In this document: positions 14,786 to 31,400 of the stretch, piece by piece | Layout of the letters: every line of letters begins with the position of its first letter | Position numbering within the stretch: the first letter of the stretch is position 1 | Notes under the pieces: model-generated | The model's input: the letters and a program-made list of their open reading frames with translations, nothing else | The model's database searches: none | Told to the model about the DNA's origin: nothing | Position numbers and translations under genes: made by a program | Source: Balanoglossus misakiensis | Taxonomy: Eukaryota > Animalia > Hemichordata | Reading direction: 5' to 3' | NCBI GenBank assembly: GCA_040954595.2 | Contig: CM082597.2 | Span: 4,283,244-4,347,243 of the forward strand | DNA: 64,000 bases

Positions 14786-15804
14786 AGGATTCAGATTGTT
14801 CCCATTTGAAACATTTCAAGCTAAAATTCCCTGGTTTAACGTTTGCCACTACACAATTTACCTAGTGCAAACCATGGATCTGATTAATGTCTACGAGTTT
14901 ACCGCATTTTTTGAAAAATTGCATTTATTTTGAAATTGCTAGGCGAATTTTTCCACCACCGTACGGCAGGATACAACACGTCATTGTGACCAAGGCACAA
15001 ACAATATTTAGTATTCCGTCCAATGGGCACGGGCGTTGAGCTGACGATCTAAAATTATCCTTGTTGCCTAGGCCGTGAGCCAGTTTACTACGCGCACAGC
15101 CGAACAACTGCGGAAAGTATACTCCTTCAAACCAGGCAGGGTTGGCGGATTTCGACAAAATCTTTGATTCGGTAAAAACAAAATGAAAGCATGCGTACAA
15201 CTCGCGCATTTTTGAGTTCACCAGGCGACGCCGCTCCGTTAGCCGGTGTCTGAGTCGCGGCGGCTCGCTAGACGTCGGCATGCAGTTAGCGCATGGCTAT
15301 TTTTGGAGACAAACATGATGTCAGCCTAGCAAATTGAAATACCTAGCTGCGTAAACAAGAATGACAGCTAAGGGAACATAAACAATCAACATGTCTCGCC
15401 GCTGCTAGGCTGCGGTAGGCAGACCACGCCCTCCTGGGCTGTCCTAACCCTTCCACAACAAAACTGTTTGCGTAGGTTAAGGGGACGTCAGGCGTGTGGT
15501 GCGTGCGCTAATATATTCCATGACCGATGTCGGATTTCAGCCCCTTCTGTATCTTTCAAAAAAGTGTCCATTTCTTATCGGATTCAGCATCTGCTGTTTT
15601 GTCTGTTTGGTCCACTCGGAGCCCTTTAAACATGAAATCAATTCTTTAAAAAAATAAAATAAAGTCCGAACATTTTTCTTTCTTCTGGGATTTTTTTTGC
15701 TGCATACCTTTATCATTTTACGCTCCGAAATTAATGGCGCTTTTACAAAAAGAAACTGTCACAGTTTTCAAATACAGTTTACAGTTTTTTTCTGATTGAA
15801 GTAG

Positions 15805-15880
<76 letters not shown>

Positions 15881-15916
15881 ATCGATGATGATGATGATGA
15901 TGATGATGATGATATC

Positions 15917-16013
<97 letters not shown>
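15805..16013. repeat. (GAT)n microsatellite
   Basis: About 70 GAT units with two GATATC interruptions. Confidence 0.97.
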
Positions 16014-16319
16014 TACAGGTAACGGGGCCAATTTTTATTCCATTGCATTTATACAACCTGTCCTTGTACTGACTGACTCATTTCGCTTGAAACAAAGCCT
16101 TTTCGTCTTTATGGATATCACCTTGAAGTCACCAGATCCATTTTATTCTCGGGTAAAATGCTGCCGTAAAAGTCGGCAATTTCGTTTTAAAGAAGTCCTA
16201 GTTTACGACTACGTTGATTGAAAGCGCGTGCGCAGTCTTCTTTACGCGCAGGAGTTCGGTAAGCGATGGGATTTTCAGGCAAAGTTTCTTAAGTCCCGGT
16301 CCCCTCTCCCATATGAAAA

Positions 16320-16322
<3 letters not shown>

Positions 16323-16404
<82 letters not shown>
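16323..16404. repeat. (ATC)n microsatellite
   Basis: Perfect trinucleotide run in the opposite orientation to 15805-16013. Confidence 0.97.
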
Positions 16405-17062
16405 GTTGTCTTGTATGCCATTACGTCACAATCGTTGCCTGTCTCGGTATCACCAAATAATATAAAATCAATTAATCCAGGCTTCAAGACCATTTGTCCA
16501 AATTATCATTTCTTCAAAAGGGGTATACTGCTCAAACCTCAGCAATGCCAACGTCAAAAGTGGGCCTTCAATATCCAGTAGCAAATCATTGTCCTAGAAA
16601 TTTGGTAAATAAAAAAATAAATCGACGGGTCACTAAAGATGGGTATCGCGGGATCTGTATTTGCAAATGGCATAATTTCAGAAGATTTGTGTCAAAAGTG
16701 CACGAGTTCGGTTGCAAATTCTTGGACGTCACATCTTAACGATCACGTGACCGGTAACTGAGCAAAATATCAATAGATTTGTCGCAAATAGAACCCGTCT
16801 CTTCGGCAAGACCAATATATCGACACATCGACCATTTGCAGCGGTTGCAGGAATCGCGAGCCCGCCGGCGAGTTTCCGAAACGCAAGCTGAGTAGGCCTA
16901 TATGATTGATTTGTGTAAATGCCACGCGGAGAGGGGAGACGGATTTGATCTTCAACCGGAAGAAAGTGTCAGTGTACTTCAGCAGTAGGGGTTATATGTG
17001 TGCCGAAATCGAGCTGGATATTTTAGAGAGATACACACGACCAATATTCATGCGTCACAAAT

Positions 17063-17270
17063 AAAGGGACAAAGTCTCTTTCTTGCTGTCCTCTTTCCAT
17101 TAATTAAGTTTGATACAAGACACTGTTTATATGTTACTGTACATGTGGATGTACATGTATAGTGAATCAACGTTCAACCACACACACACCTTCCATCCCG
17201 TTTGTAGGATATGAGAGTAAAAATCTCGCCAAAATGAATAAACGGTAGACACCGATTATTCATTTTGGGG
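17063..17270 (+). mobile_element. Truncated copy of the Kolobok-like non-autonomous element at 26731-26970
   Basis: Colinear similarity (agggacaaagtctct...ttccattaatta...gtgaatcaa...ccaaaatgaataa) including the internal palindrome. Confidence 0.6.
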
Positions 17271-18153
17271 AGAACCATTTGATTTCAGGAGGCGAATGGG
17301 GACTTTTTGAGAAAGAAATTATTTGGCAGATGGTGCGCGGAGGTAAAACAATTTCAAGCTCTGCTATGCCTTGTGCAAAAGCAGGACTGGTGATAGAAAA
17401 TAAAATTATGTAACAAGTGGCTGAAAATTGCTTATATACAGGCAAATCCTCCACTGGTAAGGAAGGTTCATCCCTAAAAAGGCGACGTCGTGACGTTCAA
17501 TGTAATCAAATCAAGAGAAGCGTAAGTCTCGGTGACGTATTTACCGTATTGAGCTTTGTCAAGCGTGTAGTAAATTTCTGTGCCTTTTCGCGACACTGCA
17601 AATTTATGTGATAAGATTAATATTCATAAAGAGAGATTTACAGCTTTTTGGTATAAGCAGTTTATTTGACCAAGAAAATTGCGATTGAAATGTTGTCACG
17701 AAGCTCGCACTCGCCTTTTATCCTAAACAAGACCCAGGAGGTGGGGCGTGTTTGCATAACTTTGTAACGCCCCTTTTGGAGATTGCATTATTGTCAAATT
17801 ATGGACTACGTGTACAGATGTCGTTATGTAATAACACGAGGTCAATATTGTTAATATTAATACAGTTAATTGTTATCACAAGGTCATGTTCAGAACAATG
17901 TCTATTCGACCATGAATTTATGCTGATACGTGTCGTGAGGTTGACCATTCACCGCCTCGCGCGCACGCGGCCACTCCTCGCGCGCGCACCGTACGCGCAC
18001 GCGAGAGGCAGGGACATGAGACGTGCATAGCTTGAGTACTATTACATGAATTGATGACACGTTTAAAATTTGTGAGTGAGGGCCGGGGGCTATGTTCAGC
18101 AGTGGTGAAAAAATGGATAACACATTCTTTTCCTTTTGGATTTTCCATGGCCA

Positions 18154-18156
<3 letters not shown>

Positions 18157-18226
<70 letters not shown>

Positions 18227-18227
18227 G

Positions 18228-18286
<59 letters not shown>
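18157..18286. repeat. Compound (GT)n + (GAT)n microsatellite
   Basis: Directly visible in the sequence. Confidence 0.95.
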
Positions 18287-18854
18287 TACGTTGGGGATGA
18301 TGATGATGTTGACGATGGTGATCATAATAATAATGTAGGCCTAAGTAAGTATTTTAAAGATTCTATCATTGAGTAAGATTTCAAAAAGTGGAAAAGCTGT
18401 ATTCTAAATAAAAAACACTCTTAATACAATGAGGGCGCAATTCAACAACCACGCCACAGGCAAGGTCGAACTAAAAAAATCGATTGGAACGTGAGAAAAA
18501 CCTAGGTCTATGGCTGCTTCTCTGTACATAATTGGTTACAAGGGGAAATGCATAAATGATGGTAAATATATTATGATAATTAGGGATACTGAAGTTTACT
18601 CCTCCAGTCTTCATTGTAATAAAGAGATTGTTATAACCGTCCAATGAACAGCGGCGTTATATCTGCCTGTCGACGCGGATCGATAAACGCTGCCAAGGTC
18701 TCGCAAAACAAGCTAGGACGCCTTTTGCGTCATTGCTGCTACTGTTAAAAATAGACGTGGTCACGTGGCTTTCGCGGTCGCCATTTTCTTGCTACCCCGT
18801 TCCGAACGCTTCGCGGAGAAGGTCGCAGCTGGTGCGCGTTCCACTGCACGGCCG

Positions 18855-18869
18855 GTTGCCTAGGGTGAC
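18855..18869 (+). promoter_or_regulatory. RFX X-box-like motif upstream of CFAP68
   Basis: GTTGCCTAGGGTGAC about 170 bp upstream of the ATG of a motile-cilia gene. RFX X-boxes are established features of ciliary gene promoters. Confidence 0.55.
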
Positions 18870-19035
18870 AAAGGACGCCACCGCCAGAAGAACGTGCCAA
18901 CAGCGCGTATATATTATGCAAACACTTCCTAGTCGAACCGTAAACAGATAAGCTTTCCGCGGGGACGTTGTCGTCAAAAGACACCCAGTTTTCTAAACTG
19001 TACACCGAGATAACAGCAATAAACACCGACCGAAA

Positions 19036-21264
19036 ATGAGCGCTGGTTCGGACGATTTGGCGTTCCGCTCCATGATCCGAGCCTCGGGTCTCGGCGAGGT
19101 GTGGACCCACGGTACAGACGACTTGAAATTTAACCAGTACGGCTGGCGATGTACTACAAAGGAGGACGCCTACAGGCCGGTCACCCTGATCGGTAACTGG
19201 AACGAAAAGAATTTCGATATAGAGCGATTGAAAGTGCCAAAAAGGCTACCGTCTCAGGTAAGCGTCAACTTCATTAAAGTTGCATTATTGAGAAATATGA
19301 CTAAAAGTACATGTAGACTTATGTAACGATATAGACTTCGTCGCTCCAGGTAATTTGATCACAATCAGTCTGCAAACACTACAATGATATTGCCGTCGCA
19401 ATATTTATGTGGCTAGACACGTCGGCTTGCCGAGGGGTCTGGTGTGATAACAATATCACAGGGTTACACGAAGTTCTGTCACCACAGACAGAAGTCGAAG
19501 CGAAGATATTGACAATGGTGCAAAGTAATCTCCGTCGACAAAAAGGATTACATAGGCGATGTTTTATTTGTTACTTCGTTCAACGCCATTAATCTTGTCA
19601 GAAAGAAATCTGCAATGCACGCCAAGGGTGACGATTTCGTCATTCATACGGACGCGCATACAATTTTTCGAGTTCCCTACTCCACCTATGCATGTGTTTA
19701 CACAGCGTAATTATGACACCAGAACTATGCGTGAGGATGATGTTGTCATTGAGTTGTCATTGAGTCAGGGCACGGTGCACCTGTTGCGGTATGTACGTGG
19801 CCGCAGCGATGTTGTCTTGTAATTAACACTACAGCCATGAATGATTTTGACCTCACCAGTTACAGCAAGACCCTACCATAACTGTCGTTATTGTTCACAC
19901 ATTAGAGGTCGCCAATCACGTCGTTAACACATTCGGTGTATAATCGTCATTCTCAAGGAACGTGTCAAACGGCTGCTTTGTGTCAGCGAATCAAACAGGT
20001 GTCCGCCATTTTAGAAACTTGGAACCGGCTTCCGTGTTACGCGCCGCTTGAGGCGTATCGAATGGCGTGTCGCTGTCGCCTTGTGTGTTGCGCGCGATGG
20101 CTGAACTTGATCGATGTAATATTTTTCGAGCGGTACACTTAGACTTTCCCCAAATAGTACATGGAGTTAAAACGCCGTTTAAGATTTTAAACACACACAT
20201 CGTTGGCAGTGTACATACATAATACGCATCAGATATACTTCACCACCGAGTTACACTCTGTTTTAATTAGCAGTTTCACCGGCAGCCATGGTCCATAGTC
20301 CAATCGCATTGTTTTCAACAGCAGTGTCAGCTGGCTGCAATGCCCCATGTGACTCGGTTACTTTACATATACAGTAATTCCGTTGGTTTTCAATTATCAT
20401 TTCAGTATGGACATTACTTTGAAACTACACATGGCGCTAGCTACAACAAGGAACCAGCCCGGGTACCAGAAGTTCTCAAACATTTGGAAGGTAATTGCCC
20501 TTTTTACTTGTTACATGGGTATACACGTATTTAGTATACCTACTAGACTTGCTCCAAGTCTATGGGCTGTGTAGGGAACGTGTCGACGCTACCCGAAACC
20601 ACAAGCTCAGTCCCAAATTCGAAACTAACCTCACTACCAAAAACACGCTCAAGGTAAGCATGCACGCAACAAGTATTGCAATTATTTATTAAGACAAAAA
20701 AACACCGAAAACACATAAAGTATTGAGATTTAAAAATCACCAAGCGACTAGTAGGCTAGTCTATATACCTACCTACCTACCTACCTACCTACGTTTTACC
20801 TACCTACATACTACCTAACAAATATAATACGTACACGCGAATATTGCCGCTCCGTGTTTAATCAGATATTGCTAGTCCACCTATTGGCCGGGGGCACCAT
20901 ATAACTGCTACCGATTGGCCCGCAAACTATATTTTCTCGCCTGAGTCTGCACTGATACAACGATTAAGAGGTTTCTAAGCTACAGTTGCCTTGGATTCAC
21001 GTATCATCTTCATTTATTAAAACACTGTTATGTTTGAAATCCAAGAACTGCTTTGTTTGAAGTCTTCTCATTTCATGCATATCTTTGTGGCTCTTGTGTC
21101 TTTCAGCGAGAGAGACTTTTGCGTACCCTGGACACCAGCCAGAACTGGACCACCAGAATCTGAAGCAAGTGTACAATTCCTTCGAGACAACGTCAAGAGC
21201 AGCTTACATCGACCCTAAGAACTGGAAACTACCATCTCCAAAAACATCGGCGTCCCAGCTATAA
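19036..21264 (+). CDS. CFAP68: Cilia- and flagella-associated protein 68 (C11orf1/UPF0686), about 154 aa
   Basis: Exons 19036-19257, 20406-20490 and 21107-21264, phase consistent. Motifs GEVWT..KFNQYGWRCTT..TLIGNWNE..LPSQ|YGHYFETT..SYN and YPGHQPELD match C11orf1 as I recall it. Confidence 0.92.
20540..20760 (+). mobile_element. Dispersed repeat ending ...GACTAGTAGGCTAGT (Helitron-like non-autonomous element), in CFAP68 intron 2
   Basis: A near-identical inverted copy lies at about 42042-42272 and a diverged copy at about 57683-57812. The 3' end is CTAG|T. The superfamily is inferred from the terminus only. Confidence 0.55.
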
Positions 21265-21874
21265 CCGGCGCCATCTCAAGATTAAAGTGTACCGCGCGGA
21301 AGATAGAGCCTCAGACCCTAAAACCGACAATAATAGAAACTGTAAATTTCAAATACCATTTTTTTTCTGGGATAGGGAGTGGGGTGTACAGTTGACACAG
21401 TTCATTTTAAATCGGAGTGCCAGAATATCACATCGTTATTTTTTACCAATGCATCGATATTTTCAGTCTTCTCATTGTTGTATATTGTGATAATCAATGG
21501 ACTTTAAATCAATCGCATTTTTATCAACTTTTATTTTGACGAATTAAAGAAGATGTGTGGCCTAATGATGTTGTGATGAAGTTAGAAAATATGAACATTG
21601 GGTTTTAAATGATGTTAGGCGCCATTGTCTCTCGGGCCAGAACCGGGATTTGTCCCTCCTGTGCCCTTTTCAGCATTAGAAACAATTTATTTTCACATCT
21701 TGGGAATGTGTATTATCCGTCCAACCAATAACAGCATTATATATGTCACGAGTGTGATCCTTTTCCGTCTGTTCCTCTAAACCTTTGCTTTCTTTTATAT
21801 AGGTTTAATCCATTGAATAAAATATTAAATCTCGATACAGTGTGTGTCTGTTAATCCGACAGGCCAGTTTGTTG

Positions 21875-22075
21875 TACTGGTATTTTCGCGAGTTAAATTT
21901 TTCGCGATATCGAGAGAGGCCACTGTTTCGCGAGTATTAATTTTCGCGTTCTCTTATTTTATTCACTGCATCGTTATCTTCAAAAATAATTTACCCGACT
22001 TTTTATTTTCACGCTATTTTGGCTCTCGCGTATTTGGCGAAAATTAATTGCTCGCGAAAATAGTGTTTTACAGTA
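21875..22075. mobile_element. MITE-like element (TA-flanked, Tc1/mariner-like ends, multiple TTTCGCG motifs)
   Basis: Imperfect inverted ends: tactgg tattttcgcgag ... ctcgcgaaaatag..tttacagta. Confidence 0.55.
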
Positions 22076-22181
22076 ACCACATTTCGCCTAACCCCCCTCC
22101 CCCATGGCTACGTACGATTTGTGGTAATTCCCTTAATCATGCGCAGTCGTTTTCTTATATACTCCGCACCGTTCGTCCATC

Positions 22182-23309
22182 ATGAGAGCACCGTTTGTCC
22201 GCGTGGCGTGGATTGCCGCCTATCCAATGGTCATTGGTGCAATTTTGATCCTCTACGCGTACGCGCCCAGATTCACGCGACCCACTGATCCGTCAACGGG
22301 CGCGACGACATCCTCGTTCGGTGGACGCGGCATGGGCCAGGGAGGAAACGATCTGCAGTCCCGACAAAACCCGCCAGCTGACGACAAACCACGAATCGCC
22401 CCATATCGACGCATCAATGTCCTCGTCCAAGCAAGAATGCACACCGGCTCCAAGGCGACAGCCTCGTTCATGGGCGACCGATCCGATTTTCTGTACGCGT
22501 ACGAGCCTGGGCACATGATGGGGAAATACTCCGTCAACAAAAAAGATGTACGTTATGATAGTTTTGAGTATATAGCTGACATGCAGACAGAACTGTGCGA
22601 TTTCCTTGGCGATATCTACACATGTAACTTTACACCAGACAGTTACTTTACGAAAGCTATTAATGGTATACCACTGTACAGGACTCGTGCACATTTAAAC
22701 TACCTGACGCTACCCTTTTCAGCAGACGGCCTGACGTCACTCTGTCAGTCTCGGCCTCACATTGTTTCTAAAACTATTAAGTTGACCGATGTTGAATCCT
22801 GCCTGCCGACTTTGAAAATGAACGACGTCAAGGTTATATTGGTGGTGCGGGATCCGCGCGGCATGGCGAGTTCAAGAGACGCGCAGTATGGCGAGATCCC
22901 GGGGGTGCAGCAGTTGGATGAATATGTACATGAGTACTGTGTTTGGTTGGAAACCAACCTCAATTCTATAATGCGGGGCCCGGATTGGCTGAGAAAGAAT
23001 TCAATGGTGGTTCGATTCGAAGACATGTGCGCTTACCCAGATGTAATCCGGAAAGAGGTGTTCCAGTTCATCGGACTCCCCCCTCCGGAGGAATCCGCCA
23101 GTGAACCACACAACGAGTCAATAACAAAATGGCGGGACTATTTCTCCTATGATGAAGTCAGACACATTCAGAAGTTATGCCCAGATCGCGTTTACGATAC
23201 GTTTGGCTGGATTAAGGTGGAAAGTGAGAAAGAATTTGAAAATCCGAAACGCGACTGGTTTAGAGCGATGCCAAGCGATGGAGGAGTATTCACATATACC
23301 ATACCATAG
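22182..23309 (+). CDS. Golgi type II carbohydrate sulfotransferase (CHST/GlcNAc-6-O-sulfotransferase-like), intronless, 375 aa
   Basis: N-terminal TM helix, 5'-PSB-like QARMHTGSK, LYAYEP, 3'-PB VILVVRDPRGMASSR, VVRFEDM and a C-terminal KWR motif. Confidence 0.88.
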   Translation: MRAPFVRVAWIAAYPMVIGAILILYAYAPRFTRPTDPSTGATTSSFGGRGMGQGGNDLQSRQNPPADDKPRIAPYRRINVLVQARMHTGSKATASFMGDRSDFLYAYEPGHMMGKYSVNKKDVRYDSFEYIADMQTELCDFLGDIYTCNFTPDSYFTKAINGIPLYRTRAHLNYLTLPFSADGLTSLCQSRPHIVSKTIKLTDVESCLPTLKMNDVKVILVVRDPRGMASSRDAQYGEIPGVQQLDEYVHEYCVWLETNLNSIMRGPDWLRKNSMVVRFEDMCAYPDVIRKEVFQFIGLPPPEESASEPHNESITKWRDYFSYDEVRHIQKLCPDRVYDTFGWIKVESEKEFENPKRDWFRAMPSDGGVFTYTIP

Positions 23310-23999
23310 ACATCAATTTTAACCTAGGTTTCGGGAGTCGTTTTTCTTTCTTTCAATTTTGTTGCACAGACTGTTAGATTGGTATAGACACGGGCAGGCA
23401 CAGATAGACGGAGAGACAAGTAAAGTGTGTTTTTTTTTTTAAATAGGTAATATAATGTGATTCAGACGTAGAAGATAAAAAAAGGGAATATTACATGTAC
23501 TTTCTGTCAATTTTTTTAATTGACATAGTTTCATAGTTTTTTACACACATTTTTCAAGATATGAAGGACACCCGCTTCCATGATTTCTAAATTAACTATT
23601 AAATTTTTCTTTCTAAACTGACAATAACCAAATGACGCTTCCCTTTAAGCCTCAAATACTGTGTATAAAAGGGGTCAATTTAAGTATGTCGAGATTCCAG
23701 ACTCAATCGTGAACAGCTGTCGACGTTGATCCGGCTTTAATGTGCACCAGATCCATCAGCAATAAAAACAAAGGATTGTAATGGCGATACTCTTGGTGGC
23801 GCCCCGCAATACATTTCCAACCTCATAGAAATCCCTTTTGGGGCTTTACTTCGATTATACATGTATCTGTGGTGTTGTGTCACGGTCCTTAGCAAGGCAC
23901 TTAACTTCTTAGGCCCAGTGACCAGGGGAATAAATGTGACAACCCTAATATAATGTATTGAACCGCCTCCGTACTATACATAGATGGCTTACCTGGCCG

Positions 24000-24112
24000 T
24001 GATGACGTCACTGACAGCGACACAAGAGTCTTGGCCAATCAAAAACCTGCAAGTATACGACATGCGCAGACCGCCTTTAAAAACATGATCATAGTTATTC
24101 GTGACTTCCGGG
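24000..24112 (+). promoter_or_regulatory. HSPA13 proximal promoter elements
   Basis: TGATGACGTCA (CRE/ATF), CCAAT, CATGCGCA (NRF1-like) and ACTTCCGG (ETS) within about 210 bp of the ATG. Confidence 0.5.
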
Positions 24113-24209
24113 TTGGACATGAAATGAGATCATGCCGGTAATTTTGACAGATTTTATCTCGGAAATCGACTAGTTGATCTGAATCACACATTTACTGAAC
24201 TCGGTCGAC

Positions 24210-27840
<3,631 letters not shown>

Positions 27841-27852
27841 CAAAACACTTAA

Positions 27853-27937
27853 CCCTTTCACCCCCAGTTCCCTCTTTAGAGGTCCGACCTTACCATCGAA
27901 AACAATGGTTTTGGACTGAACCATGTTGGTGAAAGGG
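27853..27937. mobile_element. 85-bp piggyBac-like MITE
   Basis: TTAA|CCCTTTCACC ... GGTGAAAGGG|TTAA. Related copies at about 5493-5573, 25389-25471, 26173-26237 and 42980-43070. Confidence 0.8.
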
Positions 27938-28423
27938 TTAATTCTGTACCACTACATCAACCATGCTGCAGAACATAAAAATTCTGATTCTATCAGATTG
28001 TATTGTCTGATGGCAGTTATGTATGGATTTTAGCAAGTTTTAAACCCCATTAAATATTTATGAACGACTCTAATGCCCACTGTCTTAATTATTGTGCTTG
28101 TCTGTCCACATTTAGGGTTTGTACACTCCAGGAAAATCTTTGCAAGTTTTTGAATATTAGTTGGTATCAAGTACTCTGATTGGTTAGTGAAATACAACAA
28201 GAAGTATGACTGGCTGTGCAATAAACAGCCAATGAGTGACAATTATGATATTTCAACAAACACAAACGTCCCAACACTGCAAGACACTGCATAACTATAT
28301 ATTTGTCAAATAACACCCTATCCATCAACAAGATTTGTTTTTCATAATATTTATTGAAACAAAACAAAATAAAAGAAAACAACAACTGAAAGACTTTTGC
28401 AGTTGTCATGGTTGTGGTGACTG

Positions 28424-31400
28424 CTAACCACACCAGGTGTCGCTGGGCTCGATCTATACGATCAAGAAAAAAGAAGAAAAAAACGCTGTATGAGGGCGCT
28501 ACACTTAAGTTATGAAAAGGGTGATACCTGACTATACTAATTGGGAACAGATTGCCAGTTAGGAGATATTTTGATGACGGAACAGTGTCTTACCTGGATA
28601 ACTGTGTCTTTGTTAGCTGGTGTTGTTTCCGTCAAAAACAGATCAGTGTAATTCAACCCAATGACTTGGCCGGATTCCCCGCGCATAACAAGGGCCGGGG
28701 TTCCACTGTAGGCATTTTTGTCATCACATTCCATTGCAGCAATCTGAGAAATAGAGTCAACTGTGATTAGCAAATCTCCGTCTGTCTGCACAGTAACGAC
28801 TCCAATGAAATGGCTTTCTTTGAGGAACACAATGAAAGGTTTATATTTACAGTATCTTGAATAGAAACTTTGTTTTTGTTTACATACCTGCGATGTCCTG
28901 ATATGGAACGGAAAGTTCAAATTAGCGGCCGAGGGTCTGGTCAACAACAGGAAAAAGATATGTCCACCACAGATGACAGCTCTTTCAATAGCATTCACAA
29001 CTTTAGCTCTGTGAAAGACAATTAATATACCAAAAAGCCATTACTCCAAAGTTTTATACCCAAGATCATAAAAGATAGAAGCTGAACTCCACGACATTTT
29101 AGTTTCAATAAAGGTCACAGCTCTGATGTGATTCAGCAGTTTATTTACAACTCTCTTTAATACTCAGCATTGACTTTTGTGTCATTGAATGATTCTAACC
29201 AGATTCCTACACTAGAAATCAAAGCGCTACAAAATAGTCCGCCAGGTACAGGAGATGTACATTGAGACACCGACTACATCTTAGATACTAACCTGACCCA
29301 GGTCTCAACAGCATAGTTACAGATCAAGATAGTCAAAGGAGTGGCCAGCCACCACAGAGTGAAGATAAAACCAAACGGGACGTAGAATGCTGCCTTCTGA
29401 GGGTATTCTCTGACAGATTGGTAGACGGCAAAGCAAGTCCAGAAAAATCCTGAGAAGTGAGATGAAAGATGGATATGAAGTTATAAAATGGAAAAACATT
29501 CTGGTATACAGTCAATGACTCAACAAACTCACTGGTGACTCAAGAAAATTATCCACAAAACATTCAAAGGTATAGGGCTGACTCACAGAAATTTTTGGAA
29601 ATCCTCAAATTGACTCGAAGCTTTTAAAAATTATGTTTCTTAGAGGGCACACTGGCAGACGGGATGATAGTGTAAATACAGGATATTTATTGACTTGCAT
29701 GGATATTATAAATTGCATCCGTGCGAAGAATTAAAAGCGTGGCTAAATCTACCTAAACGATTTTTTGTTTCTTGCCTCTAACCAAGCATTCTGTAAAACT
29801 TCATCACTTGAGTTGGGACTGAACTTGATTAGTGCCTATGGCAACTATTTTTCAGTCCTATTCTCATTGTAAACCAAACATTTATTTATTTTCACTTTCA
29901 TTATGTTTGTTTGATTATGAGAATAAACTATTATTATTAAACTATTATTACTCACCAATGAGAGCCAACCAAACCAAGCCATAGCCAGCGAGAGATTCGT
30001 ATTTGTAAAGAACGTCTCTGGGATCAAACATGGTTTCTTCGTAGATGTAGAGAATGCAGTAGGTCACGGTGTACAGGGTCATGAAGACGGCCACCTTCAT
30101 CCAGCTTGTCTCATTCATAGTGCCCCTACACAAACAAACAAATAAGTTAGTAAATAAATAAACAAATAAATAAATAATATTGATGACATGGAATAACTGG
30201 CTTGAAATAATAATTAAAAACTGATAATTATATGCACTATAAAATTGCTGACACAAAATAAGGGTATTCTGCTTTGTTTTGCTTGTGACCATTTTTTGCC
30301 AATGACAGGAAATTACAGACAAAGACTTCATGATGTAAAACAGAAAATGGGCAGTTTCTCAACCTTGTCAGCAACATCTATAGATTGAGTCACAGATGTG
30401 AAAATAATTGATGTGTTTACCTTGTAACGGTGAATCCTTTGCCCAGCAAGATGATCATCAAAATAAAAACCAGGTTGCCGGAAACACCGACAAAATGACC
30501 TAAAACATAAAAACATATTAAATTTAGAAAACAAGGAAAACAATATATGAATGTTGACAAAATTGGTTATAAATAATGATTTCACCTGTCATCCTCATAA
30601 CAGTGTTTTTACTTTGTTTCTTATGATGCTGACATACATACAAAATATTTTTTTCATTCGCATGCAACTCAAATTTCTAAGCTGAACCCCCCTCCCCATG
30701 TAAAATTTGGTGTAACCCTCCGATTCCAACTCACCAAACATTTCCAGTCCAGAATCAGGCACACCAGTGGATCCATATTTGCCCAGGGCAATAGTCAAGA
30801 TCAGTAAACTAGTAAACTCAGCCAGCACTGACCACACAAACAACTTGTATGTTGTGTGCAGCAGTCTCCGTTCAGAGAGAATCTCTATCAAAGCAAAAGA
30901 CAAACAGGGAATGCATGGTTACAACTTCTAATCTTCTGGGCTTGTACATTTGTACAAAATGTATTTGGACCCAAAATAATGATACATATAAATTTCATAG
31001 TGATGGTTTTAAATCTGTCCATCCAATCATGTACAATTTCACAGCAGTTGATTAATGAACAAGAGTCTGCTAAAAGTGAAGTATTTTGGGTAACAATCTC
31101 TCTCACAAGAATTAAAACTTACTGGTGAAGTACACAGTGATGGCCAGCATAGCAAAGTACACAAACAGAAATATCATGTCAGTTTCCAGCATATCTGTAA
31201 AAGAAACAAAAACAGATTCAGTCAAAAGAAAACAACCGTGTAGAGAGTACATTCAAATGTAAGCCTAGTTAGTTTTATATATCAAACCATTTTTGACGTA
31301 AAATTCATAAAGAAGTTGTATTTATGATCAAAGGTTACATTATATGCATCTTTCTCCTCAAAATATTCAATGTATACTTACATCTTTCGTCAGCTGAGAA

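Noticed and set aside
15718-16581. Poly-Ser/His/Ile/Met/Asp ORFs
   Set aside because: Microsatellite translations.
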